Of a DNA stretch of 64,000 nt, positions 24,870 to 39,295 are shown in pieces. How positions within the stretch are numbered: the stretch's first letter is position 1; each line of letters begins with the position of its first letter. The stretch comes from Macrostomum lignano (lineage: Eukaryota): NCBI GenBank assembly GCA_002269645.1, contig NIVC01001681.1:62001-126000 (forward strand). Reading direction: 5' to 3'. The translations under genes and the position numbers were made by a program. The notes under the pieces are model-generated. The model made no database searches, was not told the DNA's origin, and saw nothing but the letters and a program-made list of their open reading frames with translations.

Positions 24870-25741
24870 TAGAGGGACCGATGCAGGATCCTAACTTTAT
24901 GACTTAAGCGCGCGACTCCCGCACGAGGAAGCATGGCGCCTATATAAGATTCATACTAATTCAATTCATTTTCTAATAATCTGCACCTGATGCTCTTTCT
25001 CTCTCTCTCTCTTTCTGTGCCCTGACACTCCCTGCTAAAGCTGATTTATTAGCGGGATGCTCAAGCTGATGAATTGGGGGGGGGGGGGGGTGGAGAATAA
25101 AAACTCATTTTTTGATGCGCGCAGTGCAGCAAGTGCAGATCTCGGTCTCAGTGGAATACAATAGAGCTCTAATTTAGATCAATAATATAGAGTTATGTAT
25201 ATAGAGAGATTCGAATAATACGGCTCGTAGCAATAAAAAGGCGGCATCCTTGATCTGTCCTCTGATTCACCAAAGGATTTATGCGGCTTCTTACCACAGC
25301 GTTTACTCCTTTTTTTTGAGTCGTTAAGAAATAAAAGAATTCAAAACCTTTTTGCTCGCTCCTTGGCCCCTGTTGCTGGGCGGAACTCTCAGACCGAACC
25401 CACCAAGAAAGAAGCGGAGCTCATCAAGTATGCAAATACTTTATTATATTAGATTGCATGGAGCAATCTGAGGCAAATCTTTTATCTCCCACTCGACCAA
25501 ATACACATCTCCCACCTCTCTCTCTGTCGCATTCGACACAGGTAAACAGGTAATATAAGTGCGCGGCAAAGGAGTCTGACTCTCGTCATGTGTGGGACTT
25601 CTCTATTTGTTCTATTCCTATATCTAATCTATCTCCCAACTATTGATTCAAAGAAGAAAAATATTTCTCTTCTTGTTCTTATATTTCAATAGATTTGTTG
25701 CTGGGGTTGGCTAGATCGGGGAACTCTGGAAGACAGGGATT

Positions 25742-28213
25742 GAATCTACCTGAAGTTACAATCAGAATCTCCCTGAAGCTACAATTAGAATCTACCTGAA
25801 GCTACAATTAGAATCTCCCTGAAGCTACAATCAGAATTTCCCTGAAGCTACAATTAGAATCTACCTGAAGCTACAATCAGAATCTCCCTGAAGCTACAAT
25901 TAGAATCTCCCTGAAGCTACAATTAGAATCTCCCTGAAGCTACAATCAGAATCTCCCTGAAGCTGCAATCAGAATCTCCCTGAAGTTACAATCAGAATCT
26001 CCCCGAAGCTACAATTAGAATCTCCCTGAAGCTAAAATTAGAATGTCCCTGAAGTTACAATCAGAATCTCTCTGAAGTTACAATTAGAATCTCCCTGAAG
26101 CTGCAATCAGAATCTCCCTGAAGCTACTATTAGAATCTCCCTGAAGCTACAATTAGAATCTACCTGAAGTTACAATCAGAATCTCCCTGAAGCTACAATT
26201 AGAATCTACCTGAAGCTACAATTAGAATCTCCCTGAAGCTACAATCAGAATTTCCCTGAAGCTACAATTAGAATCTACCTGAAGCTACAATCAGAATCTC
26301 CCTGAAGCTACAATTAGAATCTCCCTGAAGCTACAATTAGAATCTCCCTGAAGCTACAATCAGAATCTCCCTGAAGCTGCAATCAGAATCTCCCTGAAGT
26401 TACAATCAGAATCTCCCCGAAGCTACAATTAGAATCTCCCTGAAGCTAAAATTAGAATGTCCCTGAAGTTACAATCAGAATCTCTCTGAAGTTACAATTA
26501 GAATCTCCCTGAAGCTGCAATCAGAATCTCCCTGAAGCTACTATTAGAATCTCTCTGAAGCTACTATTAGAATCTCCCTGAAGCTACAATCAGAATCTCC
26601 CTGAAGCTACAATCAGAATATCCCTGAAGCTACAATCAGAATCTCCCTGAAGCTACAATCAGAATCTCCCTGAAGCTACAATCAGAATCTCCCTGAAGCT
26701 ACAATCAGAATCTCCCTGAAGTTACAATCAGAATCTCTCTGAAGTTACAATTAGAATCTCCCTGAAGCTAAAATCAGAATCTCCCTGAAGCTACTATTAG
26801 AATCTCCCTGAAGCTACTATTAGAATCTCCCTGAAGCTACTATTAGAATCTCCCAGAAGCTACAATTAGAATCGCCCTGAAGCTACAATCAGAATCTCTC
26901 TGAAGTTACAATCAGAATCTCCCTGAAGCTACAATCAGAATCTCCCTGAAGCTAAAATCAGAATCTCCCTGAAGCTACAATCAGAATCTCCCTGCAGTTA
27001 CAATCAGAATATCCCTGAAGCTAAAATCAGAATCTCCCTGAAGCTACAATCAGAATATCCCTGAAGCTACAATCAGAATCTCCCTGAAGCTACAATCAGA
27101 ATCTCCCTGAAGCTACAATCAGAATCTCCCTGAAGCTACAATCAGAATCTCCCTGAAGCTACAATCAGAATCTCCCTGAAGCTACAATCAGAATCTCCCT
27201 GAAGCTACTATTAGAATCTTCCTGAAGTTACAATTAGAATGTCCCTGAGATTACAATCAGAATCTCTCTAAAGTTACAATTAGAATCTCCCTGAAGCTGC
27301 AATCAGAATCTCTCTGAAGCTACTATTAGAATCTCCCTGAAGCTACAATCAGAATCTCCCTGAAGTTACAATCAGAATCTCTCTGAAGTTACAATTAGAA
27401 TCTCCCTGAAGCTAAAATCAGAATCTCCCTGAAGCTACAATTAGAATCTCTCTGAAGTTACAATTAGAATCTCCCTGAAGCTAAAATCAGAATCTCCCTG
27501 AAGCTACAATTAGAATCTCCCTGAAGCTACTATTAGAATCTCCCTGAAGCTATTATTAGAATCTCCCTGAAGCTACTATTAGAATCTCCCTGAAGCTACA
27601 ATCAGAATCTCCCTGAAGCTACAATCAGAAACTCCCTGAAGCTACAATCAGAATCTCCCTGAAGCTACTATTAGAATCTCCCTGAAGCTATTATTAGAAT
27701 CTCACTGAAGCTACAATCAGAATCTCCCTGAAGCTACAATCAGAATCTCCCTGCAGTTACAATCAGAATCTCCCTGAAGCTACAATCAGAATCTCCCCAA
27801 TGCTACAATCAGAATCTCCCTGAAGCTACAATCAGAATCTCCCTGAAGCTACAATCAGAATCTCCCTGAAGCTTCAATCAGAATCTCCCTAAAGCTACAA
27901 TCAGAATCTCCCTGAAGTTACAATCAGAATCTCCCCAATGCTACAATCAGAATCTCCCCAATGCTACAATCAGAATCTCCCCAATGCTACAATCAGAATC
28001 TCCCCAATGCTACAATCAGAATCTCCCCGAAGCTTCAATCAGAATCTCCCTAAAGCTACAATCAGAATCTCCCTGAAGTTACAATCAGAATCTCCCCAAT
28101 GCTACAATCAGAATCTCCCTGAAGTTACAATCAGAATCTCCCCAATGCTACAATCAGAATATCCCTGAAGCTACAATCAGAATATCCCTGAAGCTACAAT
28201 CAGAATCTCCCTG
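25742..28213. repeat. 23-bp array (GAATCTCCCTGAAGCTACAATCA)n, about 107 units
   Basis: Direct reading; contains a 414-bp higher-order duplication. Confidence 0.96.
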
Positions 28214-29651
28214 TTGTAGATTGTAAGCATGCCAGGTGTCTCTGCCCATTCTCAATCGGAATATCGCTTCTATCCAAAGTGTCTCCGAGTGTTCCCTGGC
28301 TACCTAAGGGCTAAGCTCCGTGACTTCCGAAACCGCCTCCTTAAGCAACTCTGTCGTTAGGATATCTTTACAATAGCACTCCCGCAGACAGGTAATATTC
28401 AGATAGTAAGCAGGACAGAAAGGACAAGACAGGATACAGTAAACTTTAGCATAGGGAATCGCTATTGTTACAAAGGCATGGAATCGGAACTTGTGCAACA
28501 AACTCTCATAAATGGTTCATCGTCACGCCCTCGGCGTCAGGGACTTCTTGACCCTTCCCTTATAAACGGAAACTGCAGTTTCCCCACAAGTCTGCAGGTT
28601 GGTGCAGTGCGTGAGTCCGATGCCCCCTGATATTCCTAATGCCTATAATTACGCGGTACACAGCCCTCGCAATGTCTGCTGCAAAGACTATAGACTAACA
28701 TAACGCGGCCTCCCAGAACTCTAAGAAGCGGAAGTGAAGTTTTGGCAACAGTTCTCGGGTCTCCAGACCATGCACAGGCCTTCCATTCTCCACGTGCCAC
28801 TCAAAAACTGATTACTTCGAATCACTATGCAAGGACTTTGCGTGTCATTCATTTGTACTGCGAATAAAATGGGATCTTGTTTTAAAAATCTGTTCAGTTC
28901 TATCCCATACCAATTTCCCAAGCTCCTATCGCACAGATTTCCTATAGCGGTGCGGTGTTGCTACCCAGAAATTTCCTTTGAGGAATTTAACAAGATGAAG
29001 AAGAGATGCTCAAAGCCCGCTTTCAAAGACATTCGTCGCAATTTTGACAGGCAATTTAACTCCGAGATTCTCGGCCCTTTATTCCCGCTCTAGTGAGATC
29101 TAATCTAATGGGATTAGGAATCTGCTACGAGCAATAGACCGCATTTTTACATCGAATATTATCATCCATTCCCGTTGAGCAAACATATCCCTGCATCACA
29201 CTGACCCGCTGATTGACTATGTCTCCCCTTTCTCAACTCAATAATCTTAATTATAGAAAACCTGCAAGCTCGTATAGTGGCCCAGCTTGCGAACTGGATG
29301 AGCACGCGCCTTTGTTTATCCCACTGTGCATCCCCAGATACCCCAGCCCAGCTACGGATCAGTTCCTTTGCCCGGCATTTGAGATTCCGCGTGGCCAGCT
29401 TCAATTTCAATCCTATGCATCGAATCGTGAACCGCAATCCCATTTGTGAACAACAATATCAGATTGTAGTCATGGGATTTGAGTATTTTTCCCTTTCCGA
29501 CTCAGAGCCTCTAAGTGAAATCTTTGGCTTAAACTTCCACCTTAGAGAGACACTTCCAATTCCTCTCAGGGCTAAGAGAGACAGTTCCAATTCCCCTCAG
29601 AGAGACACTTCCAATTCCTCTAAGAGAGACAGTTCCAATTCCACTTTTATG

Positions 29652-30380
29652 AGAGAGTTATGAGTCTCATCAGAGAGAGTTATGAGTCTCATCAGAGAGA
29701 GAGAGTTATGAGTTTCATCAGAGAGAGTTATGAGTCTCATCAGAGAGAGTTATGAGTCTCATCAGAGAGAGTTATGAGTCTCATCAGAGAGAGTTATGAG
29801 TCTCATCAGAGAGAGTTATGAGTCTCATCAGAGAGAGAGTTATGAGTTTCATCAGAGAGAGTTATGAGTCTCATCAGAGAGAGTTATGAGTCTCATCAGA
29901 GAGAGTTATGAGTCTCATCAGAGAGAGTTATGAGTCTCATCAGAGAGAGTTATGAGTCTCATCAGAGAGAGTTATGAGTCTCATCAGAGAGAGTTATGAG
30001 TCTCATCAGAGAGAGAGTTATGAGTCTCATCAGAGAGAGAGTTATGAGTCTCATCAGAGAGAGAGTTATGAGTCTCATCAGAGAGAGTTATGAGTCTCAT
30101 CAGAGAGAGTTATGAGTCTCATCAGAGAGAGTTAAGAGTCTCATCAGAGAGAGAGTTATGAGTCTCATCAGAGAGAGAGTTATGAGTCTCATCAGAGAGA
30201 GTTATGAGTCTCATCAGCGAGAGAGTTATGAGTCTCATCAGAGAGAGTTATGAGTCTTATCAGAGAGAGAGAGTTATGAGTCTCACCAGAGAGAGTTATG
30301 AGTCTCACCAGAGAGAGTTATGAGTCTCACCAGAGAGAGTTATGAGTCTCACCAGAGAGAGTTATGAGTCTCATCAGAGA
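29652..30380. repeat. 22-24-bp array (GAGAGAGTTATGAGTCTCATCA)n
   Basis: Direct reading; length varies in the (GA)n part. Confidence 0.95.
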
Positions 30381-31244
30381 AAGGTCAGACAGAGTGACTG
30401 CATGCAAAATGCCTCTAATATCACAGAGCAACAATTTAAGCTCATTAATAAAGTCAATCAAACTCAACAATCAATTCTACGAAAAACTTACCGTCATAAA
30501 AAGATAGATTAATTTCCATTAAAACTGCATGCTGGTTGGTTCAGAACCCATTCAGAAAAAGCATAACGTCTTTTAGAGGAGTGGGGCACGTGGAAAAAAT
30601 GTCAGGCAAAAGTCAATTTCAGCCGATGCCTGCAGCAGCAATGAAATTTGAAACCTCACGGACAGAGAGAAAATATGGTGCAGATCCCCGTGCCCACCCG
30701 CAGGCACGCGACAGGGTCGAACTGTAAACACACATTGACTGCCATGAGGTCCACCCGGTGAGACTTCTCAAGATGAGGGACATTACATACATTTTATTGT
30801 TGTGTTGTTAAGCGGCAATGCCTCTAGGATCATAAAAGCAATTTCAATTTGCCACGTGGCGGCTTTGCGTGGCTTAAAAAAGCAAAAAGTTTCAGCGACT
30901 CATTTGAAGTGAGAAGAAACTCGGCATCGAAGTTTTTTACAAGCCTACAGAGCAATTTTTGGGTTTTTGCGGGTTTGTTTGAATGAGTAAAACGTTCCCC
31001 GGCGTTTCCGGAGTAGCTTTTCTGCTATTTAAAAGAAGAAAATCTTCTTTGACGATCGGTAATAAAAGCTGCGGGGGAGGAACTTTGATTCAGTTTTACA
31101 CCTGGAATTGGGAGACTGAGAGGCTGCGGTGAGCAATCTCGCATAGGAACGGCTGCACTTGAATTTTATATGCCAGAGTTTGAGGAATTCTGACGAGGAA
31201 AGGGAAGTAAAATTTTACATGTACTGGATAGGGTTTAGAGGGGA

Positions 31245-31602
31245 GTTGGACAGGTACGTAGACAGGTAGGTAAAGACAGGTAGGTAGACAGGGTAGGTAA
31301 GATAGACAAGTAGGTAGACAGATAGGTAGATAGTAAGGTAGATAAGTCGATAGATATGTAAATCAACAAGTAGGTAGATAGGAATGCAGACAGGTTGGTA
31401 GACAAGGTAGACAGGTAGGTAGACAAGTAGGTAGATAGTTAAGTAGACAGGAAGGTAAACAGGTAGGTAGACAGGTAAGTAGACAGGTAAGTCAGACAGG
31501 TAGATAGACAGGTAAGTAGACAGTAGATAGACAGGTAAGTAGACAGGTAGATAGACAGGTAGATAGACAGGTAGATAGACAGGTAAGTAGACAGGCAGGT
31601 AG
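31245..31602. repeat. Degenerate ~12-bp array (GTAGACAGGTAR)n
   Basis: Direct reading. Confidence 0.85.
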
Positions 31603-32281
31603 ATTCATTACAGAAGTTGGTAAGCTAAGATAGGTCGGTCGATGTCGAAACCACTGCAGTTCAAAAGCTCATGTGCTGCTCAAGCACGCGCCTACGAGAG
31701 CAATAGCAATAGTTTTAATATCGATTTGATTTTCAAGCATTGCGCGAACGTGCTCCCCACCAGGGCCCACACCATTTTTGAGTAAAATTTTGCTCCAACA
31801 ATTATAATTTGTTGCGTCACTCAGCTCATATACGGGCCCCATTGGACAGACAATATTGCTGAGCCTTGCACAGTGTCGCATGCAGGTCAGCTCTGTGACA
31901 TCTAACCCATTGCCTCATCACTAATCAGTGTCACTAATGCAACATCTGTAATTCAGCGCTCATGCAGTTTCAGACATACATAATAGGCGCATTAATCAAT
32001 GCTTCTCATGCAGGTTGCAACGAAACAAATGGAAAGTTGTGATCGACAGCCGGCAATTTTGTCAGCCATTTTTTTCACTTTTACGATTTCGATTTGAGTT
32101 CAAATTTGATTCTATCTGTCTGATAGGCATCTGATGCGAGCATTGAATGGGCATTAATTGTGATCAGCATAGCCGCAGGTTGAGCAAGGAGCATCATACA
32201 TGGACAGTCCAGCAGTTCTTGAATGTATTGTAATGGCTTTTCCCTTTCTTCTATTCCCTAGCTTAGTGTAAACTCATAGAG

Positions 32282-32760
32282 AGACAGTTCAGATTCCCCA
32301 CAGACAGTTCAGATTCCCCACAGACAGTTCAGATTCCCCACAGACAGTTCAGATTCCTCACAGACAGTTCCGATTCCCCACAGACGGTTCCGATTCCCCA
32401 CAGACAGTTCAGATTCCCCACAGACAGTTCAGATTCCCCACAGACAGTTCAGATTCCCCACAGACAGTTCAGATTCCCCACAGACAGTTCAGATTCCCCA
32501 CAGACAGTTCAGATTCCCCACAGACAGTTCAGATTCCCCACAGACAGTTCAGATTCCCCACAGACAGTTCCGATTCCCCACAGACGGTTCCGATTCCCCA
32601 CAGACAGTTCAGATTCCCCACAGACAGTTCAGATTCCCCACAGACAGTTCAGATTCCTCACAGACGGTTCCGATTCCCCACAGACAGTTCTGATTCCCCA
32701 CAGACAGTTCAGATTCCTCACAGACAGTTCTGGTTCCCCACGGACAGTTCAGATTCCCCG
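32282..32760. repeat. 20-bp array (CAGACAGTTCAGATTCCCCA)n
   Basis: Direct reading; decays to about 32930. Confidence 0.95.
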
Positions 32761-34366
32761 GAGGTAGTTCCAATTTCTACTAGGAGATAGTTTCTATTCC
32801 CCCAGACAGTTCCGATTCCTTTCATAGAGTTCCGATTCCCTTCATAAAGTTCCGATTCCCCATGCACTGACAGTTCCAATTCTCCACAGGCAGTTCCGCT
32901 CCCTTCCAGCCAGTTCTGATTCCCCTCAGCTAATCAGTTCTGAAGCTAAGAGGGTCTTAAGTTAGCTGAATCTTAAATTTCTTGATTATATAATTAATCA
33001 TTGCACAATCGAGGTAGCAAATCTGAAACAAGTCAAATTAATGCAGACATTGATAAACTGGCATATTTGTGATCTATATAGTTAAAGTATTTAATATTCA
33101 CGTTCTTACTTCTCAAGGTTCATTTCTCAAAACCGACCGCCTTAACAACTGGGGGGTAAAAAAAGTATTCCTCTAGTAACTTATGCAGTCACTGGGGAAG
33201 AATATATTTAATTTCTAAGAAACAGACTAGAAACAGGCCAAGGTTATAAAACTGGTAAGACACCAATTAAATATTGCTTTTCTATAAGCCTAAACAGTCA
33301 ATTGTCAAAAATTGTCTTCAGTGTGCCACCAGCCTCATCCTTGCCCCCTCCGTTGCCACCCGCCTCATCCAGCCACCTCCCACCACGATTTATTCAATTC
33401 CTCAAGATTGCCTGTCACACAGAAGACAATTCTCACCCACCGACCCACTCCCTCCACAATTTCCTTTGAGACCGGCACGCAGGAATCTTCTTCTTTTGCA
33501 TTTCATTATCTTCCTTCTTTCTTTAGTCAAAGAAATTTTTCGATGTTTCAATCAAGTATCTCCCTGCCTCTCTGTTGTCCTTCTTCCAAATCCTCTCGGA
33601 GACTAAAATTTTTGGCAATTTAATTGATTTTTTTTGGTCAAAATTGAAACCCAAATGTTAGATTGCTACGAACGAAAATGTTTGTTAAGAAATCGTCTCG
33701 ACCTCAATGTGCGCGCGTTTTTTCTCTGATTGTCCGTTGCTACCCGCGTAAAATTGTTGTAATGAGAAAAAAGATTTGCTGCACTCCAACAGGTTATTTC
33801 TTTCCGAGCAGAGCTTATAGAGCTGCTGCATGAGAGCCTTCGCAATCAAATAATCATATCTCAAATCTTGTCTATCCTGTTGGATTCGATAGAAGCCATT
33901 TTCTCAATCTATACTCGAATTGAGATTAACAGACAAAGACTTCATCTAATGGCGCGTGCAGGCAGTGCCAGTATCCTGGATGGGCAGCCGGTCAAAATCA
34001 AGGTGATGACCGCCAAGACACGAGCCAGGCATGCAATATAAGGGTATATAGCGGTCAGTCTCTTCAACTTCATCAATCACTGCCCGCCCCAGTCCGGACA
34101 GTGGCGGACACGAGTCGGTGGGGGGGGGGGTTGAAGGGCGAGAGAACTGCAGGTGACCTCCTCCTCATTGAGATTCTTCACAATTGAGAGGCTGCCTCCA
34201 GCATCTAATATATGGCGCATGCTGCAACCTAAGGCTTTAAATAGACTAGAGTCGAGAATATAGTGGATAAGTGAAGCAACAGGTGTCCAGGATAGCATCA
34301 ACTTTTTAATTTTAGCTGTGGAGCTTAATAAAATAATTAGTATTCTATAAAATGTATAGCCTGCTA

Positions 34367-34862
34367 TAGTGGCGCTAAAATCTAGTCGACAGTGGCGCTA
34401 AAATCTAGCCTAAATTGGCGCTACAACCAAGCTTAAAGTGGCGCTAAAATCTAGCCTAAATTGGCGCTACAACCAAGCTTAAAGTGGCGCTAAAATCTAG
34501 CCTAAATTGGCGCTACAACCTAGCTTAAAGTGGCGCTAATATCTAGCCTAAATTGGCGCTACAACCTAGCTTAAAGTGGCGCTAATATCTAGCCTAAATT
34601 GGCGCTAAAATCAAGCTTAAAGTGGCGCTAATATCTAGCCTAAATTGGCGCTACAACCTAGCTTAAAGTGGCGCTAAAATCTAGCCTAAATTGGCGCTAC
34701 AACCTAGCTTAAAGTGGCGCTAAAATCTAGCCTAAATTGGCGCTACAACCTAGCTTAAAGTGGCGCTAATATCTAGCCTAAATTGGCGCTACAACCTAGC
34801 TTAAAGTGGCGCTAATATCTAGCCTAAATTGGCGCTAAAATCTAGCTTAAAGCGGCGCTAAA
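34367..34862. repeat. 46-bp dimeric array of alternating 23-bp units (TGGCGCTACAACCTAGCTTAAAG / TGGCGCTAAWATCTAGCCTAAAT)
   Basis: Unit starts at 34508, 34531 and 34554. Confidence 0.93.
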
Positions 34863-36762
34863 CTCTCGCTCGTTTAAAAGACTCTTGCCCCCCCCCCCTG
34901 ACAAAAACATTTTTGGGCATTTCTAGGAGAAAGAGGAGAGGTGATTACACAAGAGGAGAAAAACAGGAAATGAAACGGGAGCGCCGGTTTACAGCTACAG
35001 GACTGGGGGCGGCTGAACCGGGAGGGGGGGGGGGCTCGCCCACTTACTGAGCTAATTGAAAGTGGAGAGGTAATCACCGAGCATCTCGCAGCGGGCCAGA
35101 TGAAGCGAATGGACGCTGGACGTCTTCTCGATCTGCATCACGCCTTCATCAGCATCCGACTGCATGGGCATGCGGGCTGCGGGGTCTCCGGCATCCGCTC
35201 TTGAAATTAACGACGTCAATATTGCTCTGTCATTGTAGGTTGCTGCTGTGTACAGTTGTTAAAAAATAAATAATAATCAATTAGTTTGACTTCTGTAGCC
35301 TAAATAGAAAATTCCCGAAACATTCAAGAATTAATTTCTAGAATTTGAAGGTACATCCTCCGCTGAACAGGTGTCAACATGAGCTTGACAAGGTTTGATG
35401 AAGAAGCAATAGTCATTGTTAAGGAAAAGACAGTTTAAAACTTTAACTTTCAAACACGAACGGTTGCTCATTCATTGACTTTCTGATTGATTCGAGACTC
35501 GTCCATGCGATTATGTTCGGATGGGTTGCTCTGGTCAAGGCAGGTGCCAGTCTGACCATCTCCATGAGCTCTCCCTCATCCCCAGATTTCCGTATCGCTG
35601 ATAAAAATCAGCGCTCACACCAAGACTACTCGGACAAAGACTGTTTGAGCAGAGTTCATTCAACATAGCCCTGAAGCCCTGTCTCTCCACATTGGTATGT
35701 AAGGTAAAGTTGCCATGCCACGATTGCACCTTTCGATTGCCATCAAAAAGGCTAATTTTGGTTGACCATATTCATATTTTTATCTCGATAATATCATGGG
35801 ATTCCATCATTCTCCCCTCCCCCCAATAGTTGAGTAGATTGTGTTACACGCACTGAGACAAGCTGGTGCCAGTGGGACATCTCTCGGGTTTCGAATTTCC
35901 CCAACCAAAATTGGCGGATCTGATCCGATGTAAGCAATCTTTGGTCCAATTGGTCACACAAAGAATATATAATAAAAATTTTTCACACAATCAAAACCAA
36001 CCAGATTATAAAGGTGACAATAGCAAGAATTTATTACCCGGAACCCCGGGTGGCAACCAACCGCAGTTTCGCCTTTGAAAGAAGCAAAGCAAGACTGACT
36101 GACACCTGTACCCCCTCTCGTGTGATTTTTATTCATTTTTCTTGAGAATTTTTTTACAAGGCCGGTTGGCGACTAAAGACAGGGGAACAATAAAAAGCTT
36201 AAGGATGATGAGTCCTCGGTGGGGAAGGGAAGCCTGTCTACAATTGAATTCAACAAGCGGAACCCGGTAACCCCACCCCCCAACCCCTTCTCTTCCCCGA
36301 TTGACTTCCATCGCATGGCTTCATTGTGCAGCGCAGTGTTTTTTATCATTGTGTGTTCGCCTCACACCTTGGCTACTCCAGTTTAAACTTATTATTAGAA
36401 ATAGCTAGAATAGAATTCCGTGATGAGCAATGAGGCCTTCGCGCACTCAGACTGTCTTGTTCCCACCTAGGTATCTATTATAAGTTGAGTTCCTTCCCTA
36501 AAGAAGAAATAAGAAGTTTCTTAAGCTGTCCTCTGTATATTGCTAGGCAGATATTTGATACACTAATTATCAAATTGTTTGGGAGTCCACGACAATTCTT
36601 AAACCTGTTGCGTGTGGGCTTCTCATCGCTTGTTACCTTCCTGCAGTACCAGATCCTTGTTACCAAGATGTATTGTAGAATTATTTCCTTAGTAGCCAGT
36701 TTTAGGAAACTCAACTAGGAATTCTGTCTCGAATGTTCATGCATCGAGTCTGGAAACTGGTA

Positions 36763-37030
36763 ACACCCAAACTGTGAACATCCCAAACTGTGAAATCACA
36801 AACACTGAACATCCCAAACTGGAAGCATCCCAAACTGTGAACATCACAAACTGTGAACATCACAAACTGTGAACATCCCAAACTGTGAACATCCCAAACT
36901 GTGAACATCCCAAACTGTGAACATCCCAAACTGTGAACATCCAAAACTGTGAACATCCCAAACTGTGAACATCCAAAACTGTGAACATCCCAAACTGTGA
37001 ACATCCCAAACTGTAAGCATCCCAAACTAG
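36763..37030. repeat. 16-bp array (GAACATCCCAAACTGT)n
   Basis: Direct reading. Confidence 0.92.
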
Positions 37031-37980
37031 ACATCTCTATAAACAATGCGGACTCAATTCTAACAAAGGATCCCATGGCAACGCGCTTCAATACGTGCAC
37101 AAATGAAGAGATTCCCGAAAAAGTCAGTGCACAATTTCAAGACGGGCCACTCGACCTCAAATTATAAAAAATGTGGTTAACCTACTTTTTTATTCAAGAT
37201 AGAAAAATAATCCCAAAAATATAAGAAAAACATGCAGGAGAGACGCAGACTGAGGACTTGGGGGGGGGATATCTCGAGAGGACCTCGGCAACCAGCTGAG
37301 CAGTTTGATTCGGGGGATAATAAAAAAGCCAAAAAAATTCTTGCGGACCAGCGTCTTGAGATCTAGACAGGTTTGAGGTGGCTCTGCGACTTCGATACAC
37401 CTTAGATTTCTTAGTTGCCATGGGGTCAGATACCCCCCATCCCTCATCCATAAAGAATTCATGATGAACTTCCTCACAACACAAAGATTCCTTAAGAAGC
37501 CTCGAGCTGGCTAAAAGATGTGGAATAAGCGGACAGGAAGACCAGTTTTGCGAAAGAAGACTGAGAAGCCATAAGAAGAGTGGCGGCGCAGTGGGGAGGT
37601 AAGGGAGTCCATTAACAAAGACTCAATATTGCCTTTGAGTGTGTCGAACTCTGATTTTTGAGCTGTTTTCACTCCAAACACAGCCAGCCCGTAGGCTTAT
37701 CGAAATTAAGCCGCTGCCTCCCCAGCCTTGTGCACATGGCTGACTGAGAGAGTCAGTATCCGGGGAGACCGCGCTCGCCCTTCGACTCCGGCCCTTCGAA
37801 AAAATTGGTCATTGTTTTTCTTAAATCCGCTACGACGCTTTTTCTCTCTCTCGCTCTGTGGAGATTCTGCGCTGAGAAAAATTCTATCAAAGTCACGAAG
37901 AGCGGCTCAGCAATTCTCAAGCTAGAAGCTTCAGAAAGCTCAAACTAAGACTTGAGAAGCCGTTCGATTCTAAAACTGCT

Positions 37981-38975
37981 CGAAGACAATTCTTTACTTA
38001 AAACATCCCAGCCAAACTCGAAACATCCCAGCCAAACTCGAAACATCCTAGCCAAACTCGAAACATCCCAGCCAAACTCGAAACATCCCAGCCAAACTCG
38101 AAACACCCTAGCCAAACTCGAAACATCCCAGCCAAACTCGAAACATCCTAGCCAAACTCGAAACATCCTAGCCAAACTCGAAACACCCTAGCCAAACTCG
38201 AAACATCCTAGCCAAACTCGAAACATCCTAGCCAAACTCGAAACATCCCAGCCAACTCGAAACATCCTAGCCAAACTCGAAACATCCCAGCCAAACTCGA
38301 AACACCCTAGCCAAACTCGAAACATCCCAGCCAAACTCGAAACATCCTAGCCAAACTCGAAACATCCCAGCCAAACTCGAAACACCCTAGCCAAACTCGA
38401 AACATCCTAGCCAAACTCGAAACACCCTAGCCAAACTCGAAACACCCTAGCCAACTCGAAACATCCTAGCCAAATTCGAAACATCCCAGCCAAAATCGAA
38501 ACATCCTAGCCAAAATCGAAACATCCCAAACTCGAAACATCCCAAACTTGAAAGATCCCAAACTCGAAACATACCAAACTCAAAACATCCCAAACTCGAA
38601 ACATCCCAAATTCGAAACATCCCAAATTCGAAACATCCCAAATTCGAAACATCCCAAATTCGAAACATCCTAGCCAAACTCGAAACATCCGAAACTCGAA
38701 ACATCCCAAACTCAAACATCCCAAACTCGAAACATCCCAAATTCGAAAAATCCTAAACTCGAAACATTTCAAACTCGAAACATACCAAACTCAAAACATC
38801 ATAATTTCGAAACATCCTAGCCAAACTCGAAACATCCCAAACTCGAAACATCCCAAACTCGAAAGATCCCAAACTCGAAAAATCCTAAACTCGAATCATC
38901 CCAAACTCGAAACATCCCAAACTCGAAACATCCCAAACTCGAAAAATCCTAAACTAGAAACATTCCAAACTAGAA
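37981..38975. repeat. Array changing from 20-bp (AAACATCCYAGCCAAACTCG) to 16-bp (AAACATCCCAAACTCG) units
   Basis: Switch near 38520. Confidence 0.94.
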
Positions 38976-39295
38976 ACGACCTTCTATAAAACAAAAAAAT
39001 GATACTAAAAGTCATTATTCGTTAATTTTTGACAAATAAAACACACAAACAATTTATTCTGTAACTATTCACATACCTATTGAGAAGTCGATACGAATTC
39101 AATAGAAAAGACGCATTTCCGACACTTCGAAGTGTAATTTGTTTTTTAAAGCGATTTTAAATCCCTGAATAAAATTTCCAATATATAATTCTACTTTTAG
39201 TAGTGCTGTGTACATATCTCTTAGTAATATTTAGAAAGGTATGGGAAGTTGCGGATAAAAAGCCTGGGGTTATGATTGTTTGGAGATACGATGTC

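Noticed and set aside
35078-35199. Possible minus-strand exon (TTTCAAG acceptor, GTGATT donor, ADAGDPAARMPMQSDADEGV...)
   Set aside because: Weak splice sites, no recognisable homology and no partner exons found; unresolved without RNA-seq.
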